Positions 55,856-64,000 of a stretch of 64,000 bases of DNA are shown in pieces. The stretch is taken from positions 21,084 to 85,083 of the forward strand of contig CAAFYZ010000036.1 of NCBI GenBank assembly GCA_900767415.1, given 5' to 3'. This DNA comes from Clostridia bacterium. GTDB lineage: Bacteria > Bacillota > Clostridia > Oscillospirales > CAG-272. How positions within the stretch are numbered: position 1 is the stretch's first letter; each line of letters starts with the position of its first letter. The notes under the pieces were generated by a model. It made no database searches and had not been told where the DNA came from. It saw nothing but the letters and a program-made list of their open reading frames with translations. The position numbers and the translations under genes were made by a program.

Positions 55856-57667
55856 ATGCCGAGAATTTTTGCAGAAAGAGGACTGACGGCAAGCGGGAAT
55901 CTTCTTCCGTTTGAAGATTTTGTCCTTTACCGCGATTTGAAGGGAGAGAGAAAACCCGACCCCGAAAAACTCGCCGCCATCACCGCACGGGCGGAAAAAT
56001 ACCTTTCGGAAGACGTCCCGATGCTCCCGCTTTCGCTTTACCGCGAATTTTTCGTCAACGGAAACCGCTCGGATTTTGAAAATCCGTATCACAAGCGTCG
56101 CGCCATGACGGAGGCACTCGCTATCGCGGAACATTACGAAGGGAAAGGACGCTTTGCCGAAAAACTCGCCGACGCCCTTTGGGCGATTCTCGAAGAGTCC
56201 ACGTGGGTCTATCCCGCGCACACGGCGCACATTCCCGTTTACGGTGCGGGGTATTCCGTACCCTCCACCTTCGGCGATCGTCTGCACGGCATCGACCTCG
56301 GTTCCGCCTCGACGGCGGCACAGGTCGCGATGGCATGGTATCTTTGCCATGACGCTCTGGACGCCGTCTCTCCCATGATCGGCGAGCGTCTTCTGTACGA
56401 GTTGGACCGCCGCGCGGTAAAGCCGTATCTGAACGCCGTCTTCGGCTGGTCGGGAGAACGCGGCAACCGCGTCAACAACTGGAACCCGTACGTTCACGTT
56501 CATCTTCTGACCGTTACCGCACTCGTCGTCAAAGACCCGTATCTCAGAGGGCACATGACGGGAAAGATCATGTCCCTTCTCGACAATTTCGTAAAATTCT
56601 ATTCTCCCGACGGCGGGTGCGACGAGGGACCCGGCTATTTCGGCATGGCGGGCGGCTGTTATTTCGACGCACTGGAACTTCTCTACGATATGTCGGGCGG
56701 AAAGATCGACGTCTTCGACCATCCGCTCGTGCGCGCGATCGGCGAGTATGAGGTCAAATTCAATATCGCGGGCGACCGCTTTATCAACTTTGCCGATTGC
56801 GGCGCGCAGTTCGTGACCGACGGCGCCCGTCTTGTCCGTTTCGGCGAGCGGACCGGCTCGGAGATTCTCGTCTCCTTCGGCAACTCGCAGATGGCACTCG
56901 GCGGCTCGCCCGGCGGGCTGACCTATTGCGGCCTGCGCGATCTTCTTACCAAAACGCCCGAAAAGACCGTGCAGAAGGCGGCGACGAAGATCTGGTTCCC
57001 GGATCTGAAGGTCATGGCGGCACGCGAGAGCGAAGACCCGACGAAGGGGATGTTCGTCGCGATGAAGGGCGGCAACAATAACGAGTCGCATAACCACAAC
57101 GATGTCGGCAACGTCATCGTCTACCACGACGGCAACCCCGTGCTGATCGACTCGGGCGTCGGCACGTATACGAAGCAGACCTTCTCCTCCCGCCGCTACG
57201 AACTTTGGTATATGCAGTCTTCCTATCACAATCTTCCCGACATCGGCGGTGTCGCCGAGCGGGCGGGCGGACAGTATTGCTCCGCAAGCGAAGAATACGA
57301 CCAAAAGAGCGGCGGCGTCAGAATGGAGATCGGCGGTGCTTATCCGAAGGAGGCAGGCATCCTCTCCTACACCCGCGAGACGGTGCTTGCGGGCGGCACC
57401 GTGACCGTTACCGACAGGATTTCGCTGAGCGAAGAAAAGGAGATCGACTTCCATTTTCTGAGCCCCGTAAAGCCCGAGGGCGGCGACGGCGTGATTCGCC
57501 TTGCCGAGGGGCGCACGATGACGTACGACCCCACGCTCACCCTTGCGATCGAAGAGTTCAAGATCGGTGACGGAAGACTTGAAAAGTCTTGGAAATCCGA
57601 TGTACTGTGGAGAATTTCTTTGAAAACTACCGTAAAAGCGGGAACTTTCCTCTTTAAGATCCACTAA
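55856..57667 (+). CDS. heparinase II/III family protein, no signal peptide (paralogue 2)
   Basis: 603 aa, colinear with 53963..55774. Long identical blocks include CYFDALELLYDMSGGKI, KVMAARESED and LIDSGVGTYTKQTFSSRRYELW. Confidence 0.75.
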   Translation: MPRIFAERGLTASGNLLPFEDFVLYRDLKGERKPDPEKLAAITARAEKYLSEDVPMLPLSLYREFFVNGNRSDFENPYHKRRAMTEALAIAEHYEGKGRFAEKLADALWAILEESTWVYPAHTAHIPVYGAGYSVPSTFGDRLHGIDLGSASTAAQVAMAWYLCHDALDAVSPMIGERLLYELDRRAVKPYLNAVFGWSGERGNRVNNWNPYVHVHLLTVTALVVKDPYLRGHMTGKIMSLLDNFVKFYSPDGGCDEGPGYFGMAGGCYFDALELLYDMSGGKIDVFDHPLVRAIGEYEVKFNIAGDRFINFADCGAQFVTDGARLVRFGERTGSEILVSFGNSQMALGGSPGGLTYCGLRDLLTKTPEKTVQKAATKIWFPDLKVMAARESEDPTKGMFVAMKGGNNNESHNHNDVGNVIVYHDGNPVLIDSGVGTYTKQTFSSRRYELWYMQSSYHNLPDIGGVAERAGGQYCSASEEYDQKSGGVRMEIGGAYPKEAGILSYTRETVLAGGTVTVTDRISLSEEKEIDFHFLSPVKPEGGDGVIRLAEGRTMTYDPTLTLAIEEFKIGDGRLEKSWKSDVLWRISLKTTVKAGTFLFKIH

Positions 57668-57674
57668 AACCCCG

Positions 57675-57705
57675 CCCCTGTGCTGTCAAGAGGACGGCAC
57701 AGGGG
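57675..57705. terminator. hairpin between convergent genes (probable terminator)
   Basis: cccctgtgc / gcacagggg 9-bp stem. The U/A tracts are a few nt away on both sides, so this is weaker than the other terminators. Confidence 0.45.
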
Positions 57706-57717
57706 CAAAGCACTTTT

Positions 57718-58548
57718 TTAAGGAATCAGATAGTTTTTTTTGACCGTTTTGCTCGGCGGTACGCCGAAATACTTTTTATACGTGCGGGTGAAGTAAGAAA
57801 GATTCGAGAATCCGGAAGACAGAGCCGCCGTGCTGACGCTGCTGCCCCCGACGATCATGACGTGCGCGTTTTTACAGCGGGCAACGTTCAGATATTCGAA
57901 TACCGTCTGACCGATGTATTTACGGAACTGACGGCACAGATAATAGCGGCTGACACCCGCCTCGGCGGCGACGCGGTCGAGAGAGATCTCTTCGGTCAGG
58001 TGGCGGTTGATATATTCGACGGCGTTTTTGACATGGCGCATCGCTTCCGCCTCGGAAGAGTCGGCGTCGGGAGAGCGGACGACGCAGTATCCCGCATACA
58101 GAGGGACGAGAAAAGAGAGGAGAGCCGCCCGCACCCGCGCGGCAAGATAGGGGTCTTCCGTCAGAGCGGTCGCCTCCCGCACCTTGGCAAACAGGTCGCA
58201 GAGCGTGCGGTCGCCGCGGATCACCGTGGGAAAGGTGACGAATTCGACGGGCAGGCGGTTCTCTTTGCAAAAACCGCGGTCGACGATCAGACAGTCGTAT
58301 CGGAGGCAGTCTTCCGATATCGCGCTGTGGATGACGTTCGACCCGATGATGACGAGATCACCGGGCAGCACGTCGTAACTTTTCGCGTCGCAGATGCACT
58401 GACCGCTCCCCTCCGTGATCGAGAGGATCTCCATGTTGGCGTGCCAGTTGGCGCTGTCGTTGCGCCGCGTGCGGATGAGCGTGTCCGAGTGGAAAATATA
58501 AGGGAAGTCCGCACCTTCGAGAAGGTGGGTTTCGTAAAAAATCGGCAT
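57718..58548 (-). CDS. AraC family transcriptional regulator (cupin + HTH)
   Basis: 276 aa. Cupin-like N-terminus. C-terminal HTH blocks VSRYYLCRQFRKYIGQTVFEYL and GFSNLSYFTRTYKKYFGVPPS. Confidence 0.88.
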   Translation of the reverse strand: MPIFYETHLLEGADFPYIFHSDTLIRTRRNDSANWHANMEILSITEGSGQCICDAKSYDVLPGDLVIIGSNVIHSAISEDCLRYDCLIVDRGFCKENRLPVEFVTFPTVIRGDRTLCDLFAKVREATALTEDPYLAARVRAALLSFLVPLYAGYCVVRSPDADSSEAEAMRHVKNAVEYINRHLTEEISLDRVAAEAGVSRYYLCRQFRKYIGQTVFEYLNVARCKNAHVMIVGGSSVSTAALSSGFSNLSYFTRTYKKYFGVPPSKTVKKNYLIP

Positions 58549-58737
58549 ATTCCCTCCGATGGCAAGATTGTGTTAATACCGGGCAACAATCCGCCTTGAA
58601 AGTCTTTTGATTTTATTATACAATAAAAATCAGGAAAGTCAAGAAAGAGTTTATTTTTTTTGGCTTTTTCGGAAAAATCCAAAAGAATCCGACACCTGTT
58701 ACGATGCCGCCTCCGGGCGGCGGAAAAGGAGAACGTT

Positions 58738-59595
58738 ATGTATCATTTTCCGATCGGCGTCATTCTGGAGTCCTTTCGTCTTCCACGCAGCGAGGCAATT
58801 GCCAAAGCGGCAGAGATCGGCGCAAAAGGAATTCAGATGTACGCGACAAAAGGGGAGAACGCTCCCGAAAATCTGAATGCCGCCGACCGCGCGGCACTTC
58901 GCCGTGAAGTGGAAGGGAAAGGGCTTGTTTTCTCCGCACTGTGCGGCGACCTCGGACACGGGTTCGGCGACAAGGAGATGAACCCCGCGCTGATTGAAAA
59001 ATCCAAAGCCATTCTGAACCTTGCCAACGACCTCGGCACGAACATCATCACCACGCACATCGGCGTTGTCCCCGCGGACGAAAACGCGGACCGCTACAAG
59101 GTCATGCAGGAGGCGTGCTTTACGCTCGCCGATTATGCGAAGCGTCACGGCTCGTACTTCGCGGTGGAGACGGGACCCGAAAAGTCCGAGACGCTCTGTC
59201 ATTTTTTGGATTCGCTCGGGTCGGACGGCGTCGCCGTCAACCTTGACCCCGCCAACCTCTGCATGGTCGTCGGGGATGATCCTGTTCATGCGGTGAAGAC
59301 GCTGGCAAAGTACATCGTTCACACCCACGCAAAGGACGGCGTGATGCTGAAGCCCTCGAACCCCGAGTTCGTCTACCGCGTCGTGCATCCGATCCCCGAG
59401 GAGTGTCTCAAAGAGAGATATTTTGAAGAAGTGCCCCTCGGCACGGGGAGCGTGCATTTCCCCACCTATCTGAAAGCCCTCGAAGAGATCGGCTATCGCG
59501 GCTTCCTGACCATCGAGCGCGAGGTCGGCGATACTCCCGAGAAGGATATCCGCACGGCGGTCTCCTTCCTCGAAAAAACCATTGCCGAAAACTAA
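58738..59595 (+). CDS. sugar phosphate isomerase/epimerase (xylose-isomerase-like TIM barrel)
   Basis: ORF trimmed to ATG 58738 behind AAAGGAGAA. Blocks ITTHIG, FAVETGPE, NLDPANL, HAKD and LTIERE (metal-ligand pattern of the family). Confidence 0.8.
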   Translation: MYHFPIGVILESFRLPRSEAIAKAAEIGAKGIQMYATKGENAPENLNAADRAALRREVEGKGLVFSALCGDLGHGFGDKEMNPALIEKSKAILNLANDLGTNIITTHIGVVPADENADRYKVMQEACFTLADYAKRHGSYFAVETGPEKSETLCHFLDSLGSDGVAVNLDPANLCMVVGDDPVHAVKTLAKYIVHTHAKDGVMLKPSNPEFVYRVVHPIPEECLKERYFEEVPLGTGSVHFPTYLKALEEIGYRGFLTIEREVGDTPEKDIRTAVSFLEKTIAEN

Positions 59596-59641
59596 AAAAC
59601 GTGAAATCCGGTAAAAAACAAAGAAAAAGAGGATAATAAGA

Positions 59642-60703
59642 ATGAAAAAACTGAAAATCGGTCTGATCGGTGCCGGCAACATTGCGAACGCGCACCTTGA
59701 GGCATATCGGAGCGTTCCCGATGCCGAGATCTTCGCGGTCTGCGACATCAATCCCGAAAGACTGAAAGAAACCGCCGATCGCTTCGGCATCGAGCGCCGC
59801 TATCCGTCCGTCGACGCCATGCTGGAGGCGTGCCCCGAGCTCGACGCCGCCGACGTCTGCGTCTGGAACTGCAACCATGCGGAATGCACGATCAAGGCAT
59901 TGAATGCGGGACTGCACGTTCTGTGTGAAAAGCCGATGGCGTATAACGCCGAAGAAGCCGAGAAAATGCTCGCGGCGGCAAAGAAGAACGACCGTCTTCT
60001 GATGATCGGCTTCGTTCTTCGTTTTTCCGACGACGCCCGCATCGCCTCCGACCTGATCCGCTCCGGTGTGCTCGGCGATATTTATTACAGCGAGGCACAG
60101 TATGTCCGCCGCCACGGCAACCCCGGCGGCTGGTTCTGCAATAAGAAACTGTCCGGCGGCGGTCCGATCATCGACCTCGGTGTCCATGTCATCGACCTCA
60201 CCCGGCATCTGATGGGCAATCCGAATCCCGTGAGCGTCTATGCCGTCGCGAGCGACAGACTCGGCAAGCGTCCCGAACTGAAGACGAACGCCGGCTGGAT
60301 GCCGAAGGGCGCGTCGGACGCCGATCCCTGCGATGTGGAAGATTTCGCCACCGCACTGATCCGCTACGATAACGGTGCCGTCACGCATCTGATCACTTCC
60401 TATGATTTCAACGGGGAGGAGAGAGCGAAACGCGCGCTTTACGGCACGAAGGGCGGTCTGGATCTTTCGAACGGGGTAAAACTCTATACAACGACGAACG
60501 GATTCCTTTCGGACATCAACCTTCATACCGAAAATTATAAGGAACACCGCGATATGTTTGTGGCGGAGATGGGACATTTTGTCGACTGCACGCTCCACGG
60601 CACCGAGTGCCGCGCGAAGGCGGAGGACGGCGTCGTCGTTATGAAGATTCTCGGCGCGATCTATGAGTCGGCACGCACGGGTCACGAAGTACTCATTAAA
60701 TAA
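59642..60703 (+). CDS. Gfo/Idh/MocA family oxidoreductase
   Basis: KIGLIGAGNIANAH (Rossmann fold) and VLCEKPMA. Confidence 0.88.
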   Translation: MKKLKIGLIGAGNIANAHLEAYRSVPDAEIFAVCDINPERLKETADRFGIERRYPSVDAMLEACPELDAADVCVWNCNHAECTIKALNAGLHVLCEKPMAYNAEEAEKMLAAAKKNDRLLMIGFVLRFSDDARIASDLIRSGVLGDIYYSEAQYVRRHGNPGGWFCNKKLSGGGPIIDLGVHVIDLTRHLMGNPNPVSVYAVASDRLGKRPELKTNAGWMPKGASDADPCDVEDFATALIRYDNGAVTHLITSYDFNGEERAKRALYGTKGGLDLSNGVKLYTTTNGFLSDINLHTENYKEHRDMFVAEMGHFVDCTLHGTECRAKAEDGVVVMKILGAIYESARTGHEVLIK

Positions 60704-60722
60704 TAAATAAAAGGAGTTTGAG

Positions 60723-61580
60723 ATGAAAATTTCAGTCACCACGTACTCTTTCTGGCAGTTGATCAACGCCGGGAAAATGACGCAGGCGGATTGCGTCCGC
60801 GTCGCACACGAGATGGGCTTTGACGGTATCGAATTTACCGATATCGCGGGAGATACTTTCGAAGAGCAGTGCCGCCTTGCGAAGAAGATCCGCGCAGATG
60901 CCGACGCACTCGGTATGCCGATCGTTTCGTACGCCATCTCGGCGTGTATGTATCAGCCGACCAAAGAAGCGTCGGATGCGGAAGTGGAGAGAGTCTGCCG
61001 TAAGGTCGATATCGCGAAGATTCTCGGCGCGCCCGTCATGCGTCACGATATGACTTTCGCGCTCGGTAAGAGCGGAGACGCCGTGAGCTTTGACCGTATG
61101 CTCCCCACCATGGCGGAGAATACGCGTCGCATCACCGAGTATGCCGAAAAGCAGGGGATCGTCACCATGACCGAAAACCACGGTATGATTTCGCAGGACA
61201 GCGAGCGGGTCGAGAGAATCTGGAATGCCGTCGCGCATGACAACTTCAAACTTCTCATCGACATCGGTAACTTCGCCTGCGCGGACGAGGATTCCTTCCT
61301 CGCCGTCGCAAGACTTGCGCCCTATGCCCGCCACGTCCATGCAAAGGATTTTGCCCCTGCCGTGACCGACGGCTTTATGACCCGCGGCGGCAGACGCATC
61401 CGCGGCACCGTCATCGGCGAGGGATTCATTCCTGTCGTTCCTTGTCTCCGTGCCTTGATGCACGCCGGCTACGACGGGTACATCACCGTCGAATATGAAG
61501 GCAGTGAGGATCCCCTTACCGCCATCGCCCGTGGAAAAGCCAACCTTGAGGCACTTCTCAAGCAGGCAAAGCCCGAATGA
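60723..61580 (+). CDS. sugar phosphate isomerase/epimerase (TIM barrel), second copy
   Basis: 285 aa. Blocks GFDGIEF, MTENHG, LIDIGNF, HAKD and ITVEYEG. Confidence 0.8.
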   Translation: MKISVTTYSFWQLINAGKMTQADCVRVAHEMGFDGIEFTDIAGDTFEEQCRLAKKIRADADALGMPIVSYAISACMYQPTKEASDAEVERVCRKVDIAKILGAPVMRHDMTFALGKSGDAVSFDRMLPTMAENTRRITEYAEKQGIVTMTENHGMISQDSERVERIWNAVAHDNFKLLIDIGNFACADEDSFLAVARLAPYARHVHAKDFAPAVTDGFMTRGGRRIRGTVIGEGFIPVVPCLRALMHAGYDGYITVEYEGSEDPLTAIARGKANLEALLKQAKPE

Positions 61581-61597
61581 TCCGTTTCCGAAACCGC

Positions 61598-61640
61598 GCG
61601 GCGCGCACGATGTTCTCGTGCGCGCCGCTTTTTCTTTTTT
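61598..61640 (+). terminator. intrinsic terminator of the sugar cluster
   Basis: 13-bp stem gcggcgcgcacga / tcgtgcgcgccgc followed by tttttctttttt. Confidence 0.85.
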
Positions 61641-61839
61641 GTAAATCTGCTTTTTTGCTTTTTGTGCAGACGTTTTTTGTTTTTATCTGTGAAAATCCTT
61701 GCAATATGAAAAGATAAGTTTACAAAAAGTCGGATATTTCTTTTAAGTTTTTTCGTTTTTTGATTTTATAACGAAGAAAATCTTTGCGAGAAAAAGCAAA
61801 AGAGCCCGACGGGACGGTCGGACTCTTTTGTCTTTTCGT

Positions 61840-62841
61840 TTATTCTTCTGTCTTGGGTGCCGATGCCGCGTCGGTATTCGGCTTTCTTCTGCGCTTTCTG
61901 CCCGAACGGCGGGTGCGCGTCTTCTTTCTCACGTCGCTCTCTTCCAGTTTGCGCCGATATTCGGCGATGGCTTCTTCATCGGCACGGGTAACGGTGCGTT
62001 TTGCACGGAAGGTGTCGTTGAAGTTTCTCTGCACCTTCAGGGTAAGGAACATATTGCCGTCTCTTGTGCAGGAGTACGGGAAGAGGTAACGCTGTCCTTT
62101 GGAATGCAGGGGCTTTCCCTTCGGGAGGAGCGGCTTTTTGCAGAGGGGACACAGGGGGGCTGTCACACAGTCGTCTTCGAGCATCTCACCGACGGTAACA
62201 TAGCCGTCGTCTCCCGCATCGGCGTCGCCGATCACGGAACTTTCGAGATATTGTCCCCGCGAGGCGTCGTAGGCGCGGATACCGCCCGCGACATCGAGCT
62301 TTCCCGCGACAAGGGCGGTGAAATATGCGTCGTTGAGCGCGTCGTGCGCGGGGAGGGTCTGCGGAATGGAAAAGTGCTCCATCGCATATTCGAGAGAACG
62401 CTGTTTGTTCCCGCCGCCTTCGACCTGCTTGTTGTAGATGACCTGAAGATCATAGGTCGTATCGAGCCAGTCGGAGGGAATCTTGTGAACGTGAAAATTC
62501 TCTTTCAGCATCGGGATATCGTCGGGTCCCCATGTTAAGAAGGCAAAATCCCGTCCGCAAAAGCGTTTGAAATTCTCCGCCGCCTCGGCAAGCGAGACGC
62601 CGAGATCCATCTGCTCCTGCGAGATCCCCGTGAGCTGTGCCACGTGCTTGTGGATCTTCTTGAAATATTTCGGCTTGACAATGACGGAATAGGAGCCGCA
62701 GGGGCGCAGATTCCTGTCGAGTTTTACCGCGCCGATCTGAATGACCTCACCGCGCAGGCGGGAGGACAATTGCTTTTGCACGGCAATGGCTTTTTGCGCG
62801 TATGCCTGGTTCCATTCCAGGTCGAGTGTAATATAATACAT
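61840..62841 (-). CDS. DEDDh 3'-5' exonuclease domain protein with a Cys-containing middle region and polybasic tail
   Basis: Exo motifs TLDLEWN (DxE), WGPDDIPML (D), HDALNDAYF (Hx4D). Then CVTAPLCPLCKK...YSC and the tail KKTRTRRSGRKRRRKP. Confidence 0.75.
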   Translation of the reverse strand: MYYITLDLEWNQAYAQKAIAVQKQLSSRLRGEVIQIGAVKLDRNLRPCGSYSVIVKPKYFKKIHKHVAQLTGISQEQMDLGVSLAEAAENFKRFCGRDFAFLTWGPDDIPMLKENFHVHKIPSDWLDTTYDLQVIYNKQVEGGGNKQRSLEYAMEHFSIPQTLPAHDALNDAYFTALVAGKLDVAGGIRAYDASRGQYLESSVIGDADAGDDGYVTVGEMLEDDCVTAPLCPLCKKPLLPKGKPLHSKGQRYLFPYSCTRDGNMFLTLKVQRNFNDTFRAKRTVTRADEEAIAEYRRKLEESDVRKKTRTRRSGRKRRRKPNTDAASAPKTEE

Positions 62842-62961
62842 TCCGCTTTCCTTTTTCTCTTTGTCTTACAATAGAAAATTATACCACGCGTAAGGAGGAT
62901 TGTCAAGACGGGAGAGATAAAATTCCCGATCACGGATCGTTTTCGCTCTCCCGCTGTCGCG

Positions 62962-64000
<1,039 letters not shown>

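Noticed and set aside
53966-57664. Minus-strand ORFs of 586 aa and 612 aa.
   Set aside because: They are antisense to the two heparinase II/III-like genes. Their mutual similarity simply mirrors the paralogy on the plus strand.

Overview
GC-rich chromosomal segment that looks like core genome of a Gram-positive anaerobe, probably Clostridia. Supporting signs are sepF/yggT/yggS division genes, mini-RNase III, jag, an ECF-type RibU behind an FMN riboswitch, many lipoproteins, and repeated sigma-A promoters of the form TTGACA-17 nt-TATAAT. I can support about 56 protein genes, 2 tRNAs, 1 riboswitch, and a set of promoters and terminators.

Gene blocks in order:
- partial ABC-F ATPase
- amino-acid ABC transporter
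- PPC/DUF296 protein
- rluD-lspA and yggT-sepF-yggS
- mrnC-hisS, ygiQ, pcrA and a HAD hydrolase
- MBOAT surface-acylation locus
- lipoprotein / anti-sigma / ECF sigma module
- tRNA-Glu and tRNA-Met
- serC
- mglBAC with a binding-protein/kinase/AraC-regulator sugar sensor
- aldo-keto reductase
- heme/iron-chelate uptake operon with a ChuW/HutW-like radical SAM enzyme and a flavodoxin
- typA
- FMN riboswitch-ribU
- RNHCP protein
- mnmE-jag-yidC-yidD-rnpA-rpmH
- hpt-mtaB-glyQS
- two tandem heparinase II/III-like genes
- AraC regulator with a TIM-barrel / Gfo-Idh-MocA / TIM-barrel sugar cluster
- orphan DEDDh exonuclease
- partial ABC exporter

I found no transposase, integrase, phage gene, CRISPR array or recognisable defence gene.

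Most unusual items:
- Three tandem ~186-nt highly structured units (24247-24808) lie between tRNA-Glu and the ECF sigma promoter. They are a candidate tRNA-distal ncRNA array.
- The MBOAT gene is flanked by two paralogous SGNH/DltD-like proteins whose LRR fusions are in swapped order.
- A lipoprotein downstream of the ECF module duplicates the anti-sigma ectodomain.
- A DnaA-box cluster sits in the ygiQ-pcrA spacer, far from the rpmH cluster, which has no adjacent dnaA.
- Twin GTTAGC-N4-GCTAAC palindromes occupy the leader of the heme operon.

All calls come from reading the sequence and the translations. No database search was run.
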